A stretch of 20,000 bases of DNA from Gordius albopunctatus (taxonomy: Eukaryota): NCBI GenBank assembly GCA_964276515.1, contig OZ193909.1, positions 21,504,453 through 21,524,452 on the forward strand. The letters run 5' to 3'. Numbering within the stretch: position 1 is the first letter of the stretch; every line of letters begins with the position of its first letter. Under the pieces are notes generated by a model. The model ran no database searches. It worked only from the letters and a program-made list of their open reading frames with translations, and was not told the DNA's origin. Below, in pieces: positions 10,801-20,000 of this stretch. The translations under genes and the position numbers were made by a program.

Positions 10801-13800
10801 TTTTAAAAAACTAGAACTTTAGTAGTTCTTTTGCCTTAATGCACGTAATTCAGTCCCTCATTGTAAAATTGTTGATTAAGTTCATATTATAGAAATTCTA
10901 TTAATAAAATGAATGTAAGGTAAAAAGATAGGAGAAGCTTGTGGGAGCACAAAAGAATGCAAAGCTTTAGCACGTGATACAGATTGTGTGGGATCAAGCT
11001 GTAAGTGCTTAAATAAAGAAAAGTCTGCAGGTTCTTACACATGTACACCAGGTATGTCAGGTTTGAGTTCAAGAGTAAGAACTTTAACTATTTTTAGATC
11101 TTTATGATCTTTTAACTATCTAAAAAACTAATCAAGGAGCTGAGTTCATATAGCTTTGCCTAATCCAATTTGCAAACAGCATATAAATAATAGTGATTTT
11201 TAAGACAAGTTCTCTTAATAATATCAAAATTTTCCAACTTAAATCCACTCGACCTAGACGTATTTATACCTTGCATATTTCACATTATTTAACGCATTAT
11301 AAGAAACTTTAAAATATTAATTGTTAGTTCCATCTTTTCTCAAAAGGCTAACTTAGGTTAGAAGTGTGCAGCAGCTAATAGAAATATTAGGCCGTCTTTC
11401 TTAAGCGGCTTAAAGTAAAGATTTTTATATTTTTATCACGCTATATATTAAGTGTTAATCATTATGAACTAAAAACTTTTATGTCCAAAACCGCTCATAG
11501 TTTTATTTCTGATCTAGTTAAATGTATACAATATTTATCGTATAAAGCACCAAATAAATTCAATTGTTTGCTGAACGTCAGATTTGATATCAATAGGGCT
11601 CGAAATGAATCACATGCAGAAACAATTTTCCTAAGAAATCACATAAGCACGCTGGTAACTGTTTTGTTTTATAAATTAAATCCTTAAATCATTATTAAAT
11701 GTGTTTATAATGAATGACCTGTGAATTCAACTTCTTATTTTTTTAAACACTTTTTTTATTTTTTAAATAGTATTGCCAATGTATGCAATTTATTTTAGTT
11801 GCACCACAAATTTTCCTTAAATATTGCCGAGAGCTATGTTCGTATGAATATGGACTACGAAAAGTACTCATTATCATTTATATTTAGTCTCCTACACAAT
11901 TGAACAAAAAATTTAAAATTTTTAAAATAGGAACTTGTCATTATATTTTAATAAGCCTAAATAATGTTACATATAGCGAAGGTTACTTCCTGATTGTGTT
12001 TAAGCTCTTCTTTAAAGATCCGGTTGATGACATAGCCTCTCGTGTGGAAATACTTATCAAAGAATCACCCTATAAAATAGCCAACGGCGATAGTGTAGAG
12101 GTAGATGAAGCCACCATAATTATTGCCCATGAAGAAGGTTACACATAAAGCTAACATTTTATACATTTACAGAATGTTTGATATTAATATCCAGGTATTT
12201 AAATAGAGTCGTTACTTTTTGCTGATATCACATAACACAGGTCGTCTATAAGTTCAATTATCCCGCAGTCTGACAAATATTTATGATAAATAATTTTACC
12301 TTTAACAGTAATATCTATTTAGTTTTTATCTCTAGACGTCCATTATTTATGCTATTATTGTACAAAAATATCTGGAGGGGGATTGAAATTGATCTTTAAA
12401 TTGAAAGGATGACTATCATATCAAAACCATTTTGTATTTTATAACAAAAAGCCAAATTAAATAAAATAAGAATCACAAAAACATATTTATTTAAATATAA
12501 TACGTAGGAAACGTTATTTTCAAGCAGAGCGAAATGTGGCTAGCTTTAAAACGCGCGCGAGATGAGAGTGGGATTAAAGCCAGAATAAGAAGAAAGGGAG
12601 GGAAGAAGGGGGGTAATTGACGGGAGAGTGATGTTTGTTAGTAAACTTAGCATACTTACCTAATCTAATATACTCTGATTTCTCTGAGATAGTGGTACGA
12701 ATTTAATGCGGGAGTTCACATTAACGCGTATGAAAAGTAATGGTGAAACAAAAAATAAAATTATAATTCTATAGACCAATAAATGATCTATATGATTATT
12801 ATATAGCCCAAAAAAGTTAAAAAAAACCATTTTTTGTAACTTTAGCCTCATATATCACAAAATCTGGACGACTAGGGAAAAAATCTTAAAAAATTCTACT
12901 GAGAGTAAAATTCTCTATCTGTCAGATCAGGACACCATCACAAAGGCAACATTTGTAGATCTGTGTAATCGTTTTAAAAATTATATTAAAAGTTATAGTA
13001 AATTTACATAAAGATAAAGATTATTAATCATACATAAAACAACATCCCTATGTCATATTCATAAGTTGTGATTTTTAATGTGTTATTTATAATGTGAGAA
13101 AGTTTAATAACAACATTAAGTTAAATTATAAATGTTATAAATATATTAACTTGATGTTTCTAGGAACTAACATAACAGTTAAACCAAAAGTATCCTTACA
13201 TATCCCGATTGGATATTGGGCGATTGGTTTTTCCGTGATTGCGCTTTTAACAGGACTTGCGATATCAATAAAAATATACTACAAATACAGTAAGTAGTAT
13301 CAGATAGCATTACACATTAAATTTATTTTTTTTATTAAAAAATTGATAATTCCGCTTAAGTTTAAAGAAGTATTGCGAATCTGTAATCCATAATATCAAC
13401 AAAAACGCATTTTATTAGTCATAATACAATCTTTTAATGCCCTTTTCACCTTTTGCAAACTTTACCATAAGCTTTACTTAAGCTTAATATCTTATCCAAG
13501 CGCCCATAACCATAACATCTTGCGTTATAATTAAATTTTTGCTATGTTAAACTATTTTGATAATTTAATAAGCCCACGATCCACGCAATCAAACGCTATG
13601 GAAATATAAGTTGGAACTACCAGATCCATACGTTCCTGACAAGAAAGGGTTGTGGTTAGTGCTAAAGTTGCTGAAAAAGCTACCGCAAGACGAAGTACTG
13701 GGTAAATATAGCTTAAGGAAGATGACTAAAATGTACATCAATTACTATTACCGGGAATACTATGATTTCGATTTTGAATTCGACTACAAATATAGCTATC

Positions 13801-14084
13801 ACTACATGGAATCCATATCACCAAACATTGAAAATGATCCCTATTATTCTTATCCCGATTCTATCTTTTATCCAGAATCCATAGGTGAAGATGGTACAGG
13901 TCTTGATAGTGGCTACGATGATAGTTACAATTACGAAAAAGCGAAAAATTATGAAAAAGATTATAGTAAATATTATGAAAAACATGCGTATTCACCGTCT
14001 TACCACATGTCTACTTCTTATGAAGCCTCCTTATATGAAAAATCATTGGAAAGGGAGCCTTACGATGGAGGTTATGAAAAATAG
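1724..14084 (+). CDS. Multi-exon gene for a probable type I membrane protein: EB/EGF-like Cys modules, SEA-like domain, TM helix, Tyr-rich tail (5' end not resolved)
   Basis: GT-AG bounded, phase-compatible exons read by hand: ~1724-1858, 3093-3236, 8897-9016, 9470-9601, 10032-10160, 10920-11051, 11548-11654, 11799-11841/11863, 11931/11956-12137, 13164-13289, 13573-14084. Confidence 0.8.
2196..2260 (-). mobile_element. Degenerate tRNA-derived SINE head or tRNA pseudogene
   Basis: Minus strand has B-box GGTTCAATCC (2215-2206) in a T-arm-like context, a CTTTGAA loop-like heptamer and a degenerate A-box. The stems do not pair well. Confidence 0.5.
3093..3236 (+). CDS. Six-Cys EB/EGF-like module exon (SLHPLKHKCGSLSAQKCFYRSDCNWEYKACFCYKDYALDFQNQDCKP)
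   Basis: TTTCCCTAG acceptor, GTAAGT donor, 144 nt, phase 1-1, no stop codons. Confidence 0.85.
3810..3902. repeat. Direct repeat copy A
   Basis: Shares three identical blocks with 7507-7627: 17 bp TAACTTGGTCACATGGA, 35 bp AAACTTTTTAATAATCTTAGAGGGTCGGCTGAAAA and 12 bp ACGTAAATTTAT. Confidence 0.9.
3932..5601 (-). pseudogene. pol: reverse transcriptase + RNase H, with one in-frame stop and one frameshift
   Basis: The frame is open from 5601. RT motifs: SPMYFIPKSDG, RLIADLSQVSK, KIDMKSAFFSIPL, LPMGASFSP, YLDD. TAG at 4773-4771 is followed in frame by NLTINRNKSSLEPKKILDYLGI. A frameshift between ~4594 and 4543 leads to RNase H motifs GDAS, INLLELIA, LTDSR and NPADPPSR. Confidence 0.9.
5644..6366 (-). 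CDS. ORF1, gag/capsid-like protein of the retroelement
   Basis: Uninterrupted ORF upstream of pol with helical/coiled segments and a basic Pro-rich C-terminus. The likely start is ATG 6366 or 6273; the track start at 6537 lies in CRE-derived DNA. The gag call is positional only. Confidence 0.6.
   Translation of the reverse strand: MPRKVPSKSVDDIPLSNFFSKSTTQLNSSTNMASPNKDSIVANPGGNATVSDPAIKLILSRLAEMDAKIESRLLSGSGETVNVEDRPHWAPALPSESVTMTRAELEALLATERAKVANVPSSNGEILKLRLKGLKEAIETNYSMPAHQKHEAEFLLSLGDSINDYDKTIDKLSDRVPTIAMASYYGWQAVTGKSKDWAEKMGMGQYTELVQLFRPPPKYNAPRKKGTYQKGPAPSRTERT
6497..7506 (-). mobile_element. Decayed CRE-clade (R2-like, REL-type) non-LTR retrotransposon fragment, pre-RT region to early RT
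   Basis: Motifs RGAR...WKKLFKF, FGAKLLA, RPIAIG, PYQLGFGVKGGCE, KLDFNNAFNSIRR and YGCPSILKFG. The reading breaks off just before the expected GVQQGDPLGP-type motif. Confidence 0.8.
7507..7627. repeat. Direct repeat copy B
   Basis: Same three blocks as copy A, at 7507-7523, 7577-7611 and 7616-7627, with a longer first spacer. Confidence 0.9.
8372..8816. mobile_element. hAT-type MITE, 445 bp
   Basis: 15-bp TIRs CAGAGACCAGATTTG and CAAATCTGACCTCTG (2 mismatches). Perfect 8-bp TSD ATTTATAT at 8364-8371 and 8817-8824. GC-rich subterminal GCCCG/CGGGC motifs. Confidence 0.9.
8897..9016 (+). CDS. EB-like module exon (KNYNETCEYDFDCDSPQVCYGGVCSCGDRYYYMQGECRL)
   Basis: AG/GT bounded, 120 nt, phase 1-1, six Cys. 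Confidence 0.88.
9470..9601 (+). CDS. EB-like module exon (ESFEEPCDYDEQCQYIAFKSKCINSKCVCINSTFDPKREDCFI)
   Basis: TTTATTAG acceptor, GTATGT donor, 132 nt, phase 1-1, six Cys. Confidence 0.88.
10032..10160 (+). CDS. EB-like module exon (LQAGDFCDTKVRCSNLGFGYTCLYAKCSCEAGMYEEAKKCQL)
   Basis: TAG acceptor, GTTAGT donor, 129 nt, phase 1-1, six Cys. Confidence 0.88.
10920..11051 (+). CDS. EB-like module exon (KKIGEACGSTKECKALARDTDCVGSSCKCLNKEKSAGSYTCTP)
   Basis: AAG acceptor, GTATGT donor, 132 nt, phase 1-1, six Cys. Confidence 0.85.
11548..12137 (+). CDS. Three exons encoding a probable SEA-like juxtamembrane domain
   Basis: Exons 11548-11654 (PNKFNCLLNVRFD...NHISTL), 11799-~11863 (LHHKFSLNIAESYV...) and ~11956-12137 (LNNVTYSEGYFLIVFKLFF...VEVDEATIII). 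The hydrophobic pattern resembles SEA; internal splice sites are ambiguous. Confidence 0.55.
13164..13289 (+). CDS. Transmembrane exon (IPIGYWAIGFSVIALLTGLAISI-KIYYKY)
   Basis: TTTCTAG acceptor, GTAAGT donor, phase 1-1; a hydrophobic run followed by basic residues. Confidence 0.85.
13573..14084 (+). CDS. Terminal exon, Tyr/Asp/Glu-rich cytoplasmic tail
   Basis: TTTAATAAG acceptor at 13572 puts the phase-1 exon in frame with ORF 13611-14084, which ends in TAG. Confidence 0.8.
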
Positions 14085-14510
14085 TGTATCTGTAAAATAT
14101 GTAAAATTATGCGCATCTTGTGATTGAAATGGATCTTACAAAATCTTACGCCAGACCATGATAAAATATAAAATCGTGCATCAGCAGTCTATAAATACTA
14201 TTTGAGTGTAACAAAATATTAATTTTTGTGTTTGATACATGTTCAAATAATTGCTGACTAATGTTAAAATTTAAAACAAATTTAGCTATAGTTAAATGCC
14301 GATCCACTTGTAGAGTACCTTTTTAATATATTCAAATAATCGCTTGAGTGGCTATGTATAAATGATTATTAAAAAATTGATGAAAATTTATTTTTGATCT
14401 AGATTTAAACTTGGCGTAAAAAATTGCTATAAAAAGGCTTCAATTCTATAGAGAATGTGTGATTTATTAAATAAATACAAATATAGTTTGAGTTAGATTT
14501 CATAAGCTCT

Positions 14511-16355
14511 ATCTTCATCTTCTTGATTAGTTATTTGGTCCCACAGACGTGGGGTTTGTTTTAATCAGTTTTTCCCATCTTGACCAAGTGAGTGACATGT
14601 TTTTACTAATCTATTTGGTTTTCATAACTTTATCGACTTGCTCTCTCCACGTGACACGAGATCGTCCTCTTACTCTCTTTTCCGGTACCTCCATGTCCGG
14701 TACTTTTAAATTTACGTTATTTGTGTCCCTTCTTAGTATAGCCCATAACACCTAGGATTTTTTGTTAATCATGTCCCCCTTTGGATTTTTGTCATGAGAA
14801 GGTCATTTGTCATATAATCGAGCTTAGTATACTCTACGCTTCACTGTATCATTCTCATCTCTGTGGCTTGTAATAGCTTTTCTTTCGTGGTTTCTAATGC
14901 AAATGTTTCACTTCTACAGAGTAAAACTAGTCTCACAATGGATTTGAAAACTTTGCATTTCAATTATATTGGCATTTTCTTGTAGCACATTACACCGGAG
15001 ATACTTTAGCATAAGCCTTATTTTTGGATCTGGGGATTGACTTCTGTAGTGACATCAGCAGAAATAAGCAATCACACATATGAATTTCTTTTCCTAGAAG
15101 ATCGCACGCTATGACGTCGATTGACAGATCTTCCTTGGAACTTATCGATTTATTATGATCTTCTCAGAAGATCATAGAGATATTTAAATCTTCCCAGAAT
15201 AATAATCGTGCTTCATGGATGCGCATCGATTAATTAAATCTTCCAAGAATATTATCAATTTTTCCAATAATAATGATTATGTATTTTATCTAATATATAA
15301 ACGCAATGTGTACGCAACATAAAAAGGAGTCTTGTATTTTTGTTCCACAGTTATATAATATCGGCGTTTGAATAAAACAAAGTAACTATCATTAAGAACG
15401 TTACACTTCTGTTGCGCAACTTCCCTCTTGATGTAGTATCGAGCCAAGGTATATTAACCTTTGTACTTTTGGGTATTTCTGTAACGTTCATTTCCAAATA
15501 TACCTTTTTTTGATTGTTGACCTTTAAACATATCCAGCTAAGCATTTGATCACTTTTCGGCTTCTTCGAATACTAGTATCGCCTTTGTTTCTTCGCATAG
15601 TACTATATCATCTGCATATAGCATAAACCATTTCTCTACACCTAGTAGCTGTTCGAAAAATCAAACATCTTCCCAACGCAATACTTTCACTGGACTATTG
15701 GTTTCAAGGAAATTTTACCCAGGGCATCGTCCAGCACATACATTTTAATTCTGAAGATTATTCGCGGATCAATATTTCTTTATTTTATATCTTAACGCAA
15801 ATTTGGCCAATATTGTGTTATATTATTTGTATACTTAAATAAAAGGAGAAGTTACAAATATAAAAGTGGGCTTGCTTTCACCTAGTATTTGTCGTCCCAC
15901 TTTTCGCATCGTAGCAGCTATACTATTCCATTGATCCTAACATGAAGTATTTTCCTTAAATTCAGCATGTTTAATTACTTGTTCCTGAAAATGTTGAATA
16001 TTATCCTTTAGTTTCCTCCATTGTATAGTAGCGGCTACTCTTTGAACTTTTTGCCCTTTAAGGCATTTTAATATAAAGTCCATCACCAACAGCTTGTGTT
16101 GGCAGGCCAATATTTCACTCGGTATTACCTTAAAATTTTGAACATACATTAAGTGCGCTCTGCTGACTAGAAAGAAATCTATCTCAGTGGTTTGGCTGCA
16201 GCTTTTGTACGTTATAAAATGTTCCTGTCTCTTTTTGAAGAAGGTATTTCTTATTACTAGGTAAAAAGCTTGAGCAATTTCCAGAATTTTCGTACCTCCT
16301 TCATTTCTTAGGCCGTAACTCCGACCACCGTGATTTCTTTCAAATCTTTGCATCA
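14511..16355 (-). mobile_element. Internally deleted RTE-clade LINE (colinear EN, RT and 3' end pieces)
   Basis: EN at 16355-15940 (HGGRSYGLRNEGG, NTFFKKRQEHFITYKS, QHKLLVMD). WFMLYADDIVL near 15630-15598. C-terminal motifs at 15000-14640 (SGVMC, KVFKSIVR, EMRM, GKRVRGRSRVTW). ACCCC...GTGGGA followed by an AAGAAGATGAAGA tail at ~14555-14511. Confidence 0.85.
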
Positions 16356-16638
16356 GTCTAGATCAGCTGCCGCATTTTTACACACAGATATTCTTAAATT
16401 ATACGAATCCACAATTAAAAATCTCATAGAAAAAATTTTAAACTTGTCTTTTAATGATACTAGTTGGCTACAAGCTACCCTTCCAACTAAATTTGGAGGA
16501 TTAGGAATAAGATCCCCTTTGACCATTAGCCTAGTAGCCTTTCTCTCGTCTTACAATCTAGTTAAAGATCTCGTCTTTAAATTGACCACCCAAACGGAAG
16601 TTTTTTTAACGCAAACAGCTTTAACATCATGGCTTTAA
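16356..16638 (+). mobile_element. CRE-clade non-LTR fragment (post-RT region) just before the telomere
   Basis: WLQATLPTKFGGLGIRS...AFLSS matches the W.QA.LP...GGLG.R motif of CRE/Cnl1/MoTeR-like elements. The fragment is truncated at both ends. Confidence 0.8.
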
Positions 16639-16654
16639 AATAGTGTCACGCTCC

Positions 16655-19600
16655 GGGTTAGGGTTAGGGTTAGGGTTAGGGTTAGGGTTAGGGTTAGGGT
16701 TAGGGTTAGGGTTAGGGTTAGGGTTAGGGTTAGGGTTAGGGTTAGGGTTAGGGTTAGGGTTAGGGTTAGGGTTAGGGTTAGGGTTAGGGTTAGGGTTAGG
16801 GTTAGGGTTAGGGTTAGGGTTAGGGTTAGGGTTAGGGTTAGGGTTAGGGTTAGGGTTAGGGTTAGGGTTAGGGTTAGGGTTAGGGTTAGGGTTAGGGTTA
16901 GGGTTAGGGTTAGGGTTAGGGTTAGGGTTAGGGTTAGGGTTAGGGTTAGGGTTAGGGTTAGGGTTAGGGTTAGGGTTAGGGTTAGGGTTAGGGTTAGGGT
17001 TAGGGTTAGGGTTAGGGTTAGGGTTAGGGTTAGGGTTAGGGTTAGGGTTAGGGTTAGGGTTAGGGTTAGGGTTAGGGTTAGGGTTAGGGTTAGGGTTAGG
17101 GTTAGGGTTAGGGTTAGGGTTAGGGTTAGGGTTAGGGTTAGGGTTAGGGTTAGGGTTAGGGTTAGGGTTAGGGTTAGGGTTAGGGTTAGGGTTAGGGTTA
17201 GGGTTAGGGTTAGGGTTAGGGTTAGGGTTAGGGTTAGGGTTAGGGTTAGGGTTAGGGTTAGGGTTAGGGTTAGGGTTAGGGTTAGGGTTAGGGTTAGGGT
17301 TAGGGTTAGGGTTAGGGTTAGGGTTAGGGTTAGGGTTAGGGTTAGGGTTAGGGTTAGGGTTAGGGTTAGGGTTAGGGTTAGGGTTAGGGTTAGGGTTAGG
17401 GTTAGGGTTAGGGTTAGGGTTAGGGTTAGGGTTAGGGTTAGGGTTAGGGTTAGGGTTAGGGTTAGGGTTAGGGTTAGGGTTAGGGTTAGGGTTAGGGTTA
17501 GGGTTAGGGTTAGGGTTAGGGTTAGGGTTAGGGTTAGGGTTAGGGTTAGGGTTAGGGTTAGGGTTAGGGTTAGGGTTAGGGTTAGGGTTAGGGTTAGGGT
17601 TAGGGTTAGGGTTAGGGTTAGGGTTAGGGTTAGGGTTAGGGTTAGGGTTAGGGTTAGGGTTAGGGTTAGGGTTAGGGTTAGGGTTAGGGTTAGGGTTAGG
17701 GTTAGGGTTAGGGTTAGGGTTAGGGTTAGGGTTAGGGTTAGGGTTAGGGTTAGGGTTAGGGTTAGGGTTAGGGTTAGGGTTAGGGTTAGGGTTAGGGTTA
17801 GGGTTAGGGTTAGGGTTAGGGTTAGGGTTAGGGTTAGGGTTAGGGTTAGGGTTAGGGTTAGGGTTAGGGTTAGGGTTAGGGTTAGGGTTAGGGTTAGGGT
17901 TAGGGTTAGGGTTAGGGTTAGGGTTAGGGTTAGGGTTAGGGTTAGGGTTAGGGTTAGGGTTAGGGTTAGGGTTAGGGTTAGGGTTAGGGTTAGGGTTAGG
18001 GTTAGGGTTAGGGTTAGGGTTAGGGTTAGGGTTAGGGTTAGGGTTAGGGTTAGGGTTAGGGTTAGGGTTAGGGTTAGGGTTAGGGTTAGGGTTAGGGTTA
18101 GGGTTAGGGTTAGGGTTAGGGTTAGGGTTAGGGTTAGGGTTAGGGTTAGGGTTAGGGTTAGGGTTAGGGTTAGGGTTAGGGTTAGGGTTAGGGTTAGGGT
18201 TAGGGTTAGGGTTAGGGTTAGGGTTAGGGTTAGGGTTAGGGTTAGGGTTAGGGTTAGGGTTAGGGTTAGGGTTAGGGTTAGGGTTAGGGTTAGGGTTAGG
18301 GTTAGGGTTAGGGTTAGGGTTAGGGTTAGGGTTAGGGTTAGGGTTAGGGTTAGGGTTAGGGTTAGGGTTAGGGTTAGGGTTAGGGTTAGGGTTAGGGTTA
18401 GGGTTAGGGTTAGGGTTAGGGTTAGGGTTAGGGTTAGGGTTAGGGTTAGGGTTAGGGTTAGGGTTAGGGTTAGGGTTAGGGTTAGGGTTAGGGTTAGGGT
18501 TAGGGTTAGGGTTAGGGTTAGGGTTAGGGTTAGGGTTAGGGTTAGGGTTAGGGTTAGGGTTAGGGTTAGGGTTAGGGTTAGGGTTAGGGTTAGGGTTAGG
18601 GTTAGGGTTAGGGTTAGGGTTAGGGTTAGGGTTAGGGTTAGGGTTAGGGTTAGGGTTAGGGTTAGGGTTAGGGTTAGGGTTAGGGTTAGGGTTAGGGTTA
18701 GGGTTAGGGTTAGGGTTAGGGTTAGGGTTAGGGTTAGGGTTAGGGTTAGGGTTAGGGTTAGGGTTAGGGTTAGGGTTAGGGTTAGGGTTAGGGTTAGGGT
18801 TAGGGTTAGGGTTAGGGTTAGGGTTAGGGTTAGGGTTAGGGTTAGGGTTAGGGTTAGGGTTAGGGTTAGGGTTAGGGTTAGGGTTAGGGTTAGGGTTAGG
18901 GTTAGGGTTAGGGTTAGGGTTAGGGTTAGGGTTAGGGTTAGGGTTAGGGTTAGGGTTAGGGTTAGGGTTAGGGTTAGGGTTAGGGTTAGGGTTAGGGTTA
19001 GGGTTAGGGTTAGGGTTAGGGTTAGGGTTAGGGTTAGGGTTAGGGTTAGGGTTAGGGTTAGGGTTAGGGTTAGGGTTAGGGTTAGGGTTAGGGTTAGGGT
19101 TAGGGTTAGGGTTAGGGTTAGGGTTAGGGTTAGGGTTAGGGTTAGGGTTAGGGTTAGGGTTAGGGTTAGGGTTAGGGTTAGGGTTAGGGTTAGGGTTAGG
19201 GTTAGGGTTAGGGTTAGGGTTAGGGTTAGGGTTAGGGTTAGGGTTAGGGTTAGGGTTAGGGTTAGGGTTAGGGTTAGGGTTAGGGTTAGGGTTAGGGTTA
19301 GGGTTAGGGTTAGGGTTAGGGTTAGGGTTAGGGTTAGGGTTAGGGTTAGGGTTAGGGTTAGGGTTAGGGTTAGGGTTAGGGTTAGGGTTAGGGTTAGGGT
19401 TAGGGTTAGGGTTAGGGTTAGGGTTAGGGTTAGGGTTAGGGTTAGGGTTAGGGTTAGGGTTAGGGTTAGGGTTAGGGTTAGGGTTAGGGTTAGGGTTAGG
19501 GTTAGGGTTAGGGTTAGGGTTAGGGTTAGGGTTAGGGTTAGGGTTAGGGTTAGGGTTAGGGTTAGGGTTAGGGTTAGGGTTAGGGTTAGGGTTAGGGTTA

Positions 19601-20000
19601 GGGTTAGGGTTAGGGTTAGGGTTAGGGTTAGGGTTAGGGTTAGGGTTAGGGTTAGGGTTAGGGTTAGGGTTAGGGTTAGGGTTAGGGTTAGGGTTAGGGT
19701 TAGGGTTAGGGTTAGGGTTAGGGTTAGGGTTAGGGTTAGGGTTAGGGTTAGGGTTGGGTTAGGGTTAGGGTTAGGGTTAGGGTTAGGGTTAGGGTTAGGG
19801 TTAGGGTTAGGGTTAGGGTTAGGGTTAGGGTTAGGGTTAGGGTTAGGGTTAGGGTTAGGGTTAGGGTTAGGGTTAGGGTTAGGGTTAGGGTTAGGGTTAG
19901 GGTTAGGGTTAGGGTTAGGGTTAGGGTTAGGGTTAGGGTTAGGGTTAGGGTTAGGGTTAGGGTTAGGGTTAGGGTTAGGGTTAGGGTTAGGGTTAGGGTT
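16655..20000 (+). repeat. Telomeric (TTAGGG)n array, at least 3346 bp (~557 units)
   Basis: G-rich strand runs 5'->3' toward the window end. The only variant unit seen is TTGGG at 19754-19758. Confidence 0.97.

Noticed and set aside
19754..19758. TTGGG variant telomere unit
   Set aside because: A single 1-bp deletion that cannot be distinguished from sequencing error or telomerase slippage.
16643..19762. 1039-aa (GL)n ORF
   Set aside because: It is a translation of the TTAGGG array from a GTG start and ends only at the single TTGGG variant. Nothing supports it being a gene.

Overview
AT-rich eukaryotic chromosome end, probably from an invertebrate animal (inference). A nearly perfect (TTAGGG)n telomere runs from 16655 to the end of the window. 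The first 14 kb hold a spliced + strand gene that the ORF track largely misses. It has at least five phase-1/1 six-cysteine EB/EGF-like exons, a SEA-like domain, one transmembrane helix and a Tyr/acid-rich tail, and its stop codon is about 2.6 kb from the telomere. The largest intron carries, antisense, a ~2.7 kb gag-like + RT + RNase H retroelement. Its overall pol layout is DIRS/Ngaro-like, but several motifs look hepadnavirus-like (HEART-like), and no recombinase or integrase is visible. The same intron holds a CRE-clade non-LTR fragment, a diverged direct repeat bracketing both elements, and a hAT MITE with an 8-bp TSD. Decayed RTE LINEs lie at 1-770 and 14511-16355. The telomere starts abruptly about 16 bp after a second CRE fragment, with no degenerate subtelomeric zone. 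All family calls come from manual motif reading, not database searches.
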